NCBI GenBank assembly: GCA_020184695.1
Contig: JAANOX010000111.1
Coordinates: 62,001 to 126,000 of the forward strand
Source: Histomonas meleagridis 2922-C6/04-290x
Taxonomy: Eukaryota > Protista > Parabasalia
DNA: 64,000 nucleotides
Direction: 5' to 3'
How positions within the stretch are numbered: the first letter of the stretch is position 1; the number at the start of each line of letters is the position of its first letter. Below, piece after piece: positions 1 to 10,427 of this stretch. The position numbers and the translations under genes are program-made. A model generated the notes under the pieces. The model saw nothing but the letters and a program-made list of their open reading frames with translations. It was not told where the DNA came from and did not search any database.

Positions 1-1545
1 CTTTTCCTCGAGCAAAGGTGCCATTTCTTCCATGAATTTCAAGTTCTTCATTTGTTCATCAGGTGGTGCTTGATCTTGACTCATAAGTAATTGCATCATT
101 TCCGCAGCCAAAGTTGCCTTATCCAAAGGAGGCTCTTCGAAAGGTAACTTATGAAGTCCATATCTATTAATCAATCTGATCAATGAACCTCTATCATTAC
201 CACCTCTCATTGGTTGATCGTTTGTCTTATTCTTAGCAGGGAATATTCTGACATGGGGCACCCCCATCATGTACGGAAACGGTTTTTTGGCAGAATTTTT
301 GACAACATCAATGAAACCGAATTTGAGGTTCTGAACATTCGCCTTTTCACATTCACGTGCGAAGTCGAGGAACTTGGGGAAGAATTCCTTACAGTGTTCA
401 CAGTTTTCACGCTTGTAGATAACAACAACATCATTTTCAGGATCATCAACATATTCACCATATGTAAGACCAACAAGTTTCTGAACGTTGAAATCAGATT
501 TGGGTGGAACATCTTCTGAAACATATGATGGTTGGATTTCTCCTGAGAGAACTTTTCCAATCATTAATGTTGCAGCTGATAACCATTTCTCGGTGAAGAA
601 TGGCTTTCCAATCAAGTCATGGAAGAACTCTGTTGTGTTATAGTGGATGTTTTGATCGAGATTAAAGAGAGCAATTCCTGGATGGATATCATCATATCCT
701 TCATTAGTACAACGTTCGATCATACTTTTGACATTTTGACCAGCGAAGCCAACTGTTATGTTAGGGAAACGAGATCCCATTTCGAAGAGGAAATCTCTGT
801 ACTTAGATGAGATCTTTTGATCAATTAATGCTAAAACAAGCTTCTTAGGCTTCTGAAGATCTGACGCTTTGAGGATACGATACTTAGGGAATGTAGCGCG
901 GAAGATATCTCTGAGTTTAGGTTCAATTGATACAATATTCATATCATCTTTTCTAAAGAAACCAAGAACTTTGTCATCAATGCCGAATGAGTGAATGAGT
1001 TCTGTTGTTACAGGTACAATATGAACTGGACCAAGTCTTCTGCCAGCTTCATTTCGAATGAATTCAGCATCTTGGATATTTTCTTTAGTTGTTAAAATTG
1101 TAAACAAATATGGACCCATCAAAGTATTGAGTTCCTTGAGAGACTTAGCTTCTGTGTGGTTATCATCGTTGATAATATAATCAAATAAATAAAGAAGTGC
1201 TGATTCTGTTGGTGGGTATATGTACGTAGCCATGTATATTCCATGGTAGTAATATGCTATGAAAGGAAGATGTGTTTTGTGCTTATCAGCAAACCTTTCA
1301 GCATATTGGCTTTCAAAGATGGCAAATTTTGCTTGACCTCCAAAAAGCATGGCCATGTCGTGAATGTGCTCGTGATAAACATTTGTTAATTTATCGCCTG
1401 CTTCAAGACCAAGAACAAATAGATGTGCTGTTCCATATGTATAATTATCAATTTCAGATTTTTTAATCACCTTCGTAATCGGTTTGGATGTGGAAGAGAA
1501 TGGAACGTATATGGATGAGACTAATGTTGAGAAAAGGAGAAACAT
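1..1545 (-). CDS. Protein disulfide isomerase-like / thioredoxin-fold secretory protein (3' end beyond window)
   Basis: Manual translation gives an uninterrupted minus-strand frame from ATG 1545 to base 1 (>515 aa; no stop inside the window, so it is missing from the ORF track). It starts with a hydrophobic signal-like MFLLFSTLVSSIYVPF and has a thioredoxin-type motif VVIYKRENCEHCKEFFPKF (CxxC at 391-402) followed by KFGFIDV. Confidence 0.75.
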   Translation of the reverse strand, partial: MFLLFSTLVSSIYVPFSSTSKPITKVIKKSEIDNYTYGTAHLFVLGLEAGDKLTNVYHEHIHDMAMLFGGQAKFAIFESQYAERFADKHKTHLPFIAYYYHGIYMATYIYPPTESALLYLFDYIINDDNHTEAKSLKELNTLMGPYLFTILTTKENIQDAEFIRNEAGRRLGPVHIVPVTTELIHSFGIDDKVLGFFRKDDMNIVSIEPKLRDIFRATFPKYRILKASDLQKPKKLVLALIDQKISSKYRDFLFEMGSRFPNITVGFAGQNVKSMIERCTNEGYDDIHPGIALFNLDQNIHYNTTEFFHDLIGKPFFTEKWLSAATLMIGKVLSGEIQPSYVSEDVPPKSDFNVQKLVGLTYGEYVDDPENDVVVIYKRENCEHCKEFFPKFLDFARECEKANVQNLKFGFIDVVKNSAKKPFPYMMGVPHVRIFPAKNKTNDQPMRGGNDRGSLIRLINRYGLHKLPFEEPPLDKATLAAEMMQLLMSQDQAPPDEQMKNLKFMEEMAPLLEEK

Positions 1546-2091
1546 CCGAATGTCAAGACGACAAAACCGCCGTCAGAAACCAAACAAAGTTTTGTAACTT
1601 ACTGAAAATATTTGTTCAAAGAATTGTGGGAAAAAAATGATGACAATTATTTGTTTTGAATCCTAGAAATTTTGAACGAAGACTGTAATCAATTTGAAAC
1701 AAAGTAAAGCATTGAAAGAGTCATGTACACTTTTTCATTACCCATGATATAAGTTAAAAGTGACATAACCGGCGCTAAAAATTCAGCTTGATGTAAGCTA
1801 TGAAGAAGATGAAATAAAAGTTAAAATTTTCTTGTTTTTTTTGCCAAACAGTAGAAACTATGTAAGGAAATGCATATATGAATCATCAATATCATTTAAT
1901 TTTGATAAAAGTGCAATACATTAGAAATTTTGTTTTTATTTTTCAAATTTATACTTATTGCTAAATTCCCTATTCAAAAAAAAAATATACAAATTTAAAT
2001 TGATTTTACTTTCTTAAAAGGTTCAATAAGTATAAATTTATTTTATTGACCATGTTTGTTCGACTTGGAAAACATTTACCCATTTTGATTG

Positions 2092-3201
2092 ATGGGAAAT
2101 AGCTTCAGTAAAAAGGAAACAGATTTAAAGGTTATACAATCATTTCCTTATTTAAAAGATTTAGAATATCTCGAAGAAATTATTTTTGGTTTAAGTGAGG
2201 ATAACATTTCTGAATCCATCAATGAAGCCATTAACCTGATACAAAAAGATGATATATTATTATCTTATTCAAATCTAATTCTTAGTCGAATTATATATTC
2301 ATCTATTCTTTCGCAAATGAAAGACTTTTACTTATATATTAATTTCATGAAACAAATTGAATTCAAAGCAAAAGAAATCGGCAAATGTAATTACGAATTG
2401 ATCAATAGGTTTAAAGATTTTCTTCTTTGTATGAACACATTTGAATCATATTTTATTCTAGAAAGAATGATTGTAATGAATTTATTTTCATCAAAAATAG
2501 TTGAGAACAAAAACGCACTTTACTTTGTGCATTACTATCCAAATAAAATTACAAATTCCCCGTTATATGAAATTTTAAAAAAGAACTCTATCTACTATAA
2601 ATATTACGATGAAAATTGTGAAGAACTTTCAAAGAATGATTTTGAACTTCATAAGAAATATGTTAAAGAAGGTGTTAATCCAAATGAAATTTCAAAAATA
2701 ATTCGAAACGATGAAGTTGAAAAACTTCAAGAAATATCATCACAAAATGATTTTGATTTTAATCAAACAATTGAAATTTCATATTATGAAAGATATTCAT
2801 TTATTAATCATAAAAATGTTACATTAATTGATTATGCAGCATTTTTTTCTTCAGTTAAATGTTTTAAATATTTACTTATGAATGGAGCAAATGTTTTTAA
2901 TACAGGTAAATATGCAGTTGCAGGTGGAAATGAAGAAATCATTCATTTATGTGAACAAAATCATTCAACATTTGAAGGTGCATATGAAGCAGCAATAGAA
3001 TTTCATCGAAATGATATCTTTTTATATCTTTATGAAAATAAAATTGAAGAAATTAAAAATTCTAATGAATTTATCAAAATATTTTTATCGAATAAATACA
3101 TGAATTTTAAGATGTTTAACTTTTTAATTGAACAAAAAGCAATTAATGTTGAATCTAAAAGTATTTATTTATATGATTTCAGATATGTTTTAATGATTTG
3201 A
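2092..3201 (+). CDS. DUF3447/ankyrin-repeat family protein, N-terminal continuous part (gene probably extends to 4527 through interrupted ankyrin modules)
   Basis: ORF from ATG 2092 begins MGNSFS (myristoylation-like MGxxxS). It contains the DUF3447-type block IIRNDEVEKLQE...LIDYAAFFSSVKCFKYLLMNGA...YAVAGGNEEIIHLCEQ and stops inside the first spacer. Confidence 0.85.
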   Translation: MGNSFSKKETDLKVIQSFPYLKDLEYLEEIIFGLSEDNISESINEAINLIQKDDILLSYSNLILSRIIYSSILSQMKDFYLYINFMKQIEFKAKEIGKCNYELINRFKDFLLCMNTFESYFILERMIVMNLFSSKIVENKNALYFVHYYPNKITNSPLYEILKKNSIYYKYYDENCEELSKNDFELHKKYVKEGVNPNEISKIIRNDEVEKLQEISSQNDFDFNQTIEISYYERYSFINHKNVTLIDYAAFFSSVKCFKYLLMNGANVFNTGKYAVAGGNEEIIHLCEQNHSTFEGAYEAAIEFHRNDIFLYLYENKIEEIKNSNEFIKIFLSNKYMNFKMFNFLIEQKAINVESKSIYLYDFRYVLMI

Positions 3202-4527
3202 TATTTTTAAATAATATTTGAAAATTATTTAAATTATATGAAACATCACTTATATTGGCATCTAAAAATGGTCATATAGAAATAGTTAAAATGTTTCTTG
3301 AACAAGAAGGAATTAATGTTAATACTAAAGATGTTTATTTGTTTTATTTAAAAATTATTTTAATAATTTGATATTTCAAAATAATATTTGGAAATTATTT
3401 AAATTATTTAATACAGCACTTCTGTGGGCATCTTTAAATGGTCATACAGAAATAGTTTAATTACTTCTTAAACAAGAAAGAATTGATATTAATACTAAAG
3501 ATGTTTATTTGTTTTATTTAAAAATTATTTTAATAATTTGATATTTCAAAATAATATTTGGAAATTGTTTAAATTATTTGATACAGCACTTATTAAAGCA
3601 TCTAAACATGGTTATATAGAAATCGTTAAATTACTTCTTGAACAAGAAGGAATTGATATTAATGCTAAAAACATTTATTTATTTTGTTTATATTTTATTT
3701 TAATAATTTTGGATTCCAAAATAATATTTGAAAATTTTTTAAATTATTTAGAACAGCACTTTTGATTGCAACTTTAAATGGTCATACAGAAATCGTTAAA
3801 TTACTTCTTGAACAAGAAGGAATTGATGTTAATACTAAAGATGTTTATTTGTTTTATTTAAAATTTATTTCAATAATTTTGGATTCCAAAATAATATTTG
3901 AAAATTTTTTAAATTATTTAGAACAGCACTTTTGATTGCAACTTTAAATGGTCATACAGAAATCGTTAAATTACTTCTTGAACAAGAAGGAATTGATGTT
4001 AATACTAAATATATTTATTTGTTTTATTTAAAATTTATTTGTTTTATTTGATACTTAATTTAATAATTTTGTATTTCAAAATAATATTTGGAAATTATTT
4101 AAATTATTTAGAACAGCACTTATGTATGCATCTGAAAATGGTCACACAGAAATAGTTAAATTACTTCTTGAACAAGAAGGAATTGATATTAATTCCAAAG
4201 ATTTTTATATATTTTATTTAAAATTTATTTTAATAATTTAATATTTCAAAATAATATTTGGAAATTATTTAAATTATTTGAAACAGCACTTATTTATGCA
4301 TCTGAAAATGATCATACAGAAATAGTTAAATTACTTCTTGAACACGAAAGAATTGATATTGATGCTAAAGATATTTATTTGTTTTGCTTAATATTTATTT
4401 GGATAATTTTCTATTTAAAATTAAAATATGGAAATTATTTGAATTTTTTAAAACAGCTCTTATGCTTGCATCTTTAAGATATCATTTAACTATAGTTAAA
4501 TTACTTAGTGGGAAAACAGAAACTTAA
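3163..4527 (+). repeat. Tandem array of 8 ankyrin modules (~90 nt) alternating with 80-nt AT-rich spacers (170-nt period)
   Basis: The codon before each TAL/TSL starts at 3240, 3410, 3580, 3750, 3920, 4110, 4280 and 4450. Modules read e.g. TALxxASxNGHTEIVKLLLEQEGIDINxKD. One spacer is 100 nt (internal duplication). The last module ends at TAA 4525-4527. One module carries AAA>TAA at 3458-3460. Confidence 0.9.
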
Positions 4528-4909
4528 AAAAGTCTAAAAAAATGATCTTTTTATTTTGTTGTCTATAGCTGATGTGCTATTCAACATAGAGTTTGAATAT
4601 GTTTTATATGGTGTCATCATCAGGAAACTGCTAAAATGTCATTTTACATTAAATTTCCAAAACATTTTAATTAGTTTTAAAAACAAAAAAAAAAAATAAT
4701 TACCTAAATTTTGCCACAGCTTTCTCATTAATTCCAGCATCGATAAAAAATATAACCTTTTTTAAATAAATTGTAAATTGCATAATTTTCTTCATTATTC
4801 GTTACATTAACATCGTAAGAATCAATGAGCAACTTAGCAATTTTAATATTAACTTTGGCTTCTGATGTGTCACTTTTAACTTATACCTTTGGGGGAGTGT
4901 AAAATAGTA

Positions 4910-5314
4910 TTACCAGAACTTAAAAAAAAAGAAATATTGTTTAACTTCTTTAATATCTAATTCAAACGACCCTATGAGGTAGCCAGATATTTGTATTGGT
5001 ATTTTAGCACCTTTTGTATAAAGTTCAATCTTATCGCCATCAGAAAAGTGTAAATCTGTAGTTAAAGATTCAAAAACACCAGCTGTAAATGGAAATAGAG
5101 CGGTTTCTTCTTCACCATTTACTTTTGCATAAAGAACAACTCTATCTGAAGAATCTTTATCAGTAACAGCTACAGCTGTTGTAAATACACATTCTGTTTC
5201 TAACGGAACCGTTACGTTATAGGTAATATCCGGATTAATTAATACGTTGCAAGAAGATGTGAAATCGTCAGGAACTTCCATTTGCAGCACTTGTGGCACT
5301 GACCATTTACGCAT
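4910..5314 (-). CDS. Nucleoplasmin-like (NPL) domain protein
   Basis: 134-aa ORF ending in a beta-rich core ...ESLTTDLHFSDGDKIELYTKGAKIPIQISGY, resembling the NPL/HD2/FKBP39-type signature (LDL.F..G..I.F...G...V.LSGY). Confidence 0.6.
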   Translation of the reverse strand: MRKWSVPQVLQMEVPDDFTSSCNVLINPDITYNVTVPLETECVFTTAVAVTDKDSSDRVVLYAKVNGEEETALFPFTAGVFESLTTDLHFSDGDKIELYTKGAKIPIQISGYLIGSFELDIKEVKQYFFFFKFW

Positions 5315-5709
5315 TCAATTAAATCAGAGTAAAGTTAAGAAATTGGGAATGTCAGATACCGCTTTTTATGTGGTTTATATATTGGATTTGTGAAGAAAAT
5401 TTTTGTTTCAAAAATACATTCGCTTCAATTCAAGCACAAGAATCCTGCTCCATTTTTATTAAATAAGAAAGAACCTTTCGTATGCGAAAAAAAAGGATGG
5501 AAAAGGAGTCTTTGGAATAGACTCATTGATGAAAGTTTTTTCTTAATATTGTTCAACATATCACAACAATATTAAGCTTTTCAGGTTTCCAACATTCATG
5601 CACTCAAGAATCTCCAGAATTCCAATTTATTTGTTTTGCAAAACTTTAAAATAAGCACTTTTTTGGAAAGTGATGGATAAAAAAGTGACAACAGGCCGAC
5701 CATTTCAAA

Positions 5710-5958
5710 ATGGGTGCAGGAACACCTTCTTTTGGTAAACGCCATAATAAATCACATACAATTTGCCGTCGCTGCGGATCACGTTCTTATCATATTCAGA
5801 AGGGAAGATGTGCAAAGTGCGGATATCCAGAAGCTTCAATGCGTCATTATAACTGGGCAAAGAAAGCACATGCTAAGCGTACACAAGGAACAGGAAGAAT
5901 GTCGCACCTTAAGAAATGCATGAAAAAGCTCCAAGCAATCTATGCTCCAAAGAAATAA
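5710..5958 (+). CDS. RPL37: 60S ribosomal protein L37 (eL37)
   Basis: [40 protein letters not shown] zinc ribbon and [12 protein letters not shown], typical of eL37. Confidence 0.97.
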   Translation: MGAGTPSFGKRHNKSHTICRRCGSRSYHIQKGRCAKCGYPEASMRHYNWAKKAHAKRTQGTGRMSHLKKCMKKLQAIYAPKK

Positions 5959-6200
5959 TTTTTTCACTTTGGTTCTTAAATAAATCAAAACATCTTTTGA
6001 CTATTCTTTATTATCATTATTATAATAAATGGTATTAAAATTTTTTATGTCTGCAATCTTGTTTTATCTAAAATTTCTTATCATTTTGAAAAATTCTTTA
6101 AAGGTAAAGTGAATAATAACAATTACCAAATATAAAGACAATACTTTATATAATTTGAGAGTTTCATCAAAATTTTATAGAGAATTTTATGTTTAAATTT

Positions 6201-7292
6201 TTAAAAAATAAAATTATCTGAATCTGGAATGGAGGGAGTAACATTAAAAGTTGTTCTTGCGGTTTCGAAGAATCTTAAATGTTCTCCTTCCTTTGTTCTT
6301 AGCACAAATTTGTTTGGTCTTGTGAACACAAAATCATCCAATGTACCTCCGTCTGTTGTCTGCTTCCATCCAAGTGCATTTTCCAGCACTCCAACCACAG
6401 CGTCACAGTCACCTAGTAACTCTGCGTTGAATTGACAAGTAACTGGCTCTCTGTTGATTAAAATAGATGGAACTCTGTAGAAAACCTCAGGAAGGTAAGA
6501 AACAGGTGCAACTCTTAATGAAGTACCAACAACAATTAGCAAATCTGCGTTATGCGAATCAGACCGTATTTCTTCTTCTTTGATACTGACGGGCTGCTTG
6601 AAGAAGACAATACCTGGTTTGACTTGGCCGCCGCACTTTTTACATACGGGGACCGTTTGATTGTTGACACTTTCGCGTAAATCTTCAATGGTGTGAAGTT
6701 CACCGCATTGCAAGCACCTGGTTTCACGCCAACTACCATGCACACACCGAAGCTTTTCGTCTGGAATGCCGACTTCTAAAGTATCGACATTTTGGGAATA
6801 GAGGCGTAATAATTTTCCCCGTTTTTCGAGCTCAGCAAAAAAATATTGTGCTGCTGAATGCTCTGGGTTAGTAGAAGGAAATATGGTATGTGCAAATCGC
6901 CAGAATATTGAAGGATCATGACGAAAATAGTCTAAATCAAATACCTGATATGGATCACTTAAAACACCAGCTTTAGCAATAGTATCATAAAGTCCTCCAG
7001 GAGATCTGAAATCAGGTCCAACACTTGCGCCAGCTCCAATAATTACAACTATTTTTGATGAATTTGAGATAAGTTCGACTACTTTAGAAATGTTTGATAT
7101 GTATTGCTTCTGTACAAAGGCAGGTGGATTTTTTTCATAATGGTTTGCGATTTGAACTAGAACTTTCCATAAATCATCTTCATTATCAACATCTGGGGCA
7201 ACCTCAGCTGGATCAATTTCCAATGCTCTGAAAACAGCCAATGGGCTGTGCCCTTTTGTGAGAGCATCAACAATGAGCTTTTGGATGTCCAT
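6201..7292 (-). CDS. Sir2-family NAD-dependent deacetylase (class I-like sirtuin)
   Basis: GAGASVGPDFRS, YSQNVD, CVHGS, Zn pairs CLQC/CKKC, KPGIVFF, GTSLRVAP, INRE. Confidence 0.95.
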   Translation of the reverse strand: MDIQKLIVDALTKGHSPLAVFRALEIDPAEVAPDVDNEDDLWKVLVQIANHYEKNPPAFVQKQYISNISKVVELISNSSKIVVIIGAGASVGPDFRSPGGLYDTIAKAGVLSDPYQVFDLDYFRHDPSIFWRFAHTIFPSTNPEHSAAQYFFAELEKRGKLLRLYSQNVDTLEVGIPDEKLRCVHGSWRETRCLQCGELHTIEDLRESVNNQTVPVCKKCGGQVKPGIVFFKQPVSIKEEEIRSDSHNADLLIVVGTSLRVAPVSYLPEVFYRVPSILINREPVTCQFNAELLGDCDAVVGVLENALGWKQTTDGGTLDDFVFTRPNKFVLRTKEGEHLRFFETARTTFNVTPSIPDSDNFIF

Positions 7293-7608
7293 TGGGAAGC
7301 GGCTGGGCAGTTATAATTGAGGAGTTTACATGATAGAGACCGTTAATAAAGCAAATTATTTTTTTTTCCTTTTTCGAATGATTCTAAAAGAAAATTAGGT
7401 TTACTATTTTGCATATTTAACAATGAAAGGTATCAAAAGCACATATTTTTACAAAGTTATGTTTTAGGTGAATTTGAAATGATGATGTTAATAATCTTCA
7501 TTCCAAAAAAAGCAATAAAATAAAAATAACAGAACTCAAGGTCAAATCAATGCTTAAAAAATTAGATGATAAACATATTTACAGAAAAAGAAACGCGTTT
7601 CTTATATA

Positions 7609-8319
7609 TTAAGAAGATAATAATCCTGTTCTAACATTTTTTTTCGTTTTTTGGTTGAGCTCTTTGATGACTGTTCTGACGTCTTCTGCTTTCATACATT
7701 TATCAAGAATTGGAGGAAGCCAATCTATTAGAGCAGTGTCGCTTGGACAACCAAACCACTTAGGAATGCGAATAGTGTTCTTTGGATAATAATTCTTGGC
7801 TGAACTGTTATCATCAATCAAAATTAAATCTTGTTTTCTGCGGTTGAAAATACTTAAATCCTTTTTGACACCTGCTGACTGTAACTCGCAAGAATCTCTG
7901 AATAATCTGTGGTTCGCATCAACGAATGGGCAAATTTTATCAAGAATTGGATTTGCATATTCTTTTTCTCCGAATGTAAAAACAAAAATTTCAAAATTTT
8001 CTCTTAGCTTTGCGAGGAAGTTGTCAAGTCCTGGCCTTTTGAAAACATAAAAATCACCTAGTTTGAAAGATTGAACTTTTGGATGTGATTGATAATTACA
8101 GCAGTGAATTAGCGTTTCATCTAGGTCAAGCACGACTGTTTTCTTTCCTTCAACTATTGGAGGAGGTTGATAAAATTCGACATTTTCCAGTTTCAAATAA
8201 TGAATAATATTTGAAAAAGACCATCGCTTCCTAGATCTCACTCTAACGACAGGCGGAGGTGTTCTAAGTGATTCGCTTATATTATCTCTTATTGTTGATT
8301 CAAATCCCCATGTGTACAT
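7609..8319 (-). CDS. NIF/FCP1-like (CTD small phosphatase) HAD phosphatase
   Basis: VVLDLDETLIH, KRPGLDNFL, YANPILDKI, RLFRDSC, KDLS, LIDDN motifs. The first ATG is at 8319; the ORF track starts at an upstream TTG. Confidence 0.92.
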   Translation of the reverse strand: MYTWGFESTIRDNISESLRTPPPVVRVRSRKRWSFSNIIHYLKLENVEFYQPPPIVEGKKTVVLDLDETLIHCCNYQSHPKVQSFKLGDFYVFKRPGLDNFLAKLRENFEIFVFTFGEKEYANPILDKICPFVDANHRLFRDSCELQSAGVKKDLSIFNRRKQDLILIDDNSSAKNYYPKNTIRIPKWFGCPSDTALIDWLPPILDKCMKAEDVRTVIKELNQKTKKNVRTGLLSS

Positions 8320-9262
8320 TGCAAAAAATGCGCAGATTTTCAGGCCGATATTCAATTTTGAAAATTTTCAGAATCTTGTCAGAAATTTAGATTTATAAAT
8401 GGATCAAAATTCAAAGAAGTAGAAAAATTGAATTTGTAGGTTTGGGTTACATAAAATCTGTACGAATGTAAACATGACAAATTTAAAAGGCGCCATCGCA
8501 GTTACCTATCGTCTAGTAAAAGACGATACTTTCTTACTAGTAAACTTTTTCTATCCGTTATATAACTTTTGAGTGCTTCAAAACGTTTCTTGGAGGGAAA
8601 ACAAAAACGCTTTTATTGCCGCTGTTCAAGCCAAGAAAAAAATAAAAATAACGATTGGCTGGAATCTTGCCCAATAGGACTGATCGAGAAAGATAATAAT
8701 GTCATATTGAATTTTAACATTTTCAAAATCGATTATGAATGAGTTGACTCAAATGAAATTTAATTCATAAAAAACTGCCAACAAAAATAATTATGGTATA
8801 AAAGAGGAGTTAAGTTTATCCATTCATTGTAAATTAATATAATAATATTTCATATTAACTTTTGGATAAGGCAAGTAAGCATGGAGTAGTGGTAAGTTAT
8901 TCATTTATGTGAGGAAACTCCTCACAATGTTGATTAACCTTTGTAAAATATTTTAAAAACAAATTAATCACAAATATTATTCTTAACCATGATTCCAAAT
9001 AACAACATTTCCAATTATAAAATATTTTTCATGTGTTTGATATCAATTGGTATGTATGATTTAAATTGGTTGCATAAAAATTTCCCAAAAACTTCAGTTT
9101 TTAAATATAAATCCGATAACTTTTCATTGGATTCTATCGTTCAGCATGCAGAACGTTTACCGATAGGTTGGGCAGCCCAAAAATAATTTACACTTTTGTA
9201 TGTATCGTCTTGTTTGTGGTCGGATGATTTCAATTGATTTTACCAAAGGGTAAAATTTGGCC

Positions 9263-9268
9263 TCACTT
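9263..9268 (+). promoter_or_regulatory. Initiator (Inr)-like element upstream of SAR1
   Basis: TCACTT lies 5 nt upstream of ATG 9274 and matches the trichomonad TCAY Inr core. Confidence 0.6.
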
Positions 9269-9273
9269 CCAAA

Positions 9274-9846
9274 ATGGGTTTGTGGGATTGGCTTATGAGC
9301 TTTTTTGAATGGCTTGGTCTTAAGAACAAGTCAGGAAAACTCCTCTTTTTAGGACTTGATGATGCTGGTAAAACTACTTTAATGCAAATGCTCAAAACAG
9401 GCAAATTTATGCAATATGACCAAACAAAAACTTATACTGTTGAAAATCTTACAATCGAAAAAATTAGCTTCTCTGCATACGATCTTGGAGGACACGAAAT
9501 CGCACGTGAAAGCTGGGAACAATATTACATGGATGTTAGTGCCATAGTTTTCATTGTGGATGCAGCTAACCCTGCAAGGTTTGCTGAAGCAAAGGCTGAG
9601 TTCGATAAATTACTTTCAAATGAAACAATTCGAAATACACCAATTCTTGTTCTCGGAAATAAAATTGATAAGGATGGTGCTGTTTCTGATATTGAGCTAG
9701 CAAATGCTCTCGGAATCTATAACCAAACGCCAGAAAACGTTACATCTGTTCCTCCTGGTGTTAGGCCAATAAGACTATTCATGTGCTCAATCAAGCGCAA
9801 ATCTGGATTTGCTCCAGGCTTCAAGTGGGTTGCTAAATTCATCTAA
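9274..9846 (+). CDS. SAR1: Small GTPase SAR1 (COPII)
   Basis: N-terminal amphipathic helix, LLFLGLDDAGKTT, YDLGGH, IVFIVDAA, LGNKID, RPIRLFMCS...GF.W. Confidence 0.96.
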   Translation: MGLWDWLMSFFEWLGLKNKSGKLLFLGLDDAGKTTLMQMLKTGKFMQYDQTKTYTVENLTIEKISFSAYDLGGHEIARESWEQYYMDVSAIVFIVDAANPARFAEAKAEFDKLLSNETIRNTPILVLGNKIDKDGAVSDIELANALGIYNQTPENVTSVPPGVRPIRLFMCSIKRKSGFAPGFKWVAKFI

Positions 9847-9965
9847 AACAACGATTTTTCTTTTTTTGTTTTGTTTTAGAATATTAATTTTTGTCAATTT
9901 CTAAAGGACTTAATATTAATATCAAATGGATTCGTTTTATTTGCTTTCATAACATAATTATATCA

Positions 9966-10097
9966 TTAGTGTTCTAAAGTAGGCCTTTGTGTAATGTCGG
10001 GACAAGGTGAACTTGGAGGTTCTTGTCTATTTGGGTTTAAGTTTTGGTTGCCTTCATCCTTGTGCTTTTTCTTATTTGGGCTCAGATCGTCAGGCAT
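9966..10097 (-). CDS. Possible 43-aa small ORF
   Basis: MPDDLSPNKKKHKDEGNQNLNPNRQEPPSSPCPDITQRPTLEH*. The segment is GC-richer than its flanks, with TCACAC ~6 nt upstream. No recognisable domain. Confidence 0.3.
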   Translation of the reverse strand: MPDDLSPNKKKHKDEGNQNLNPNRQEPPSSPCPDITQRPTLEH

Positions 10098-10287
10098 TAT
10101 ACAGTGTGAAGTAACGAAATCTTGAATGTAGCCTACATTGAATTGTTTAAAATCTTTAAGTGTCCGGTTCTCAATTCAAACATTATTTTTTTAATAACCA
10201 TTATAATTGCCAAAAAAAATATTTTCCAATTATTCTCACAAAAAAATGGGAAGTAAAGTTAAGAATTTAACTTAACGTTCGTTTTTG

Positions 10288-10427
10288 TTATTTTTTTATT
10301 GACTCTGGAGAGCGATCAGGAAAATATTTCATAAATTTATTGAGACCACCACCAAAGCCGCTGTTTAAATCTTTGAGTTTTTTTCTTCTTTTTTTGTCCA
10401 AGCACAATATTTTCCAGATTGATCCAT
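10288..10427 (-). pseudogene. Myb/SANT-like gene fragment
   Basis: MDQSGKYCAWTKKEE[frameshift in A7]KLKDLNSGFGGGLNKFMKYFPDRSPESIKK*. The WTxxEE...FPxRS pattern is that of a Myb repeat. Confidence 0.45.

Noticed and set aside
3163-4450. Canonical GT-AG or U12 AT-AC introns as the explanation of the ankyrin spacers
   Set aside because: The conserved ACAG is simply Thr-Ala codons and is absent at the first junction (ACATCA). GT is missing at most 5' ends. The available GT..AG and AT..AC pairs remove 84 nt, which leaves the frame broken. No ACTAAC branch point is present.
4760-4910. Possible extension of the NPL gene through a T9 run into an ankyrin-like frame (AKVNIKIAKLLIDSYDVN)
   Set aside because: The similarity is weak, the NPL domain is already complete, and there is no splice signal.
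8908-8926. Perfect hairpin TGTGAGGA-AAC-TCCTCACA, and the similar TTCCTCA-GTT-TGAGGAA at 16118-16134
   Set aside because: The stems are short (7-8 bp), the arms are swapped between the two sites, and there are no snRNA/snoRNA boxes. This cannot support an ncRNA call.
10378-10384. Treating homopolymer-associated frameshifts (A7 here, A10 at 29146-29155, the T-run near 31572) as biological recoding
   Set aside because: These are typical long-read assembly error sites and need read-level verification first.
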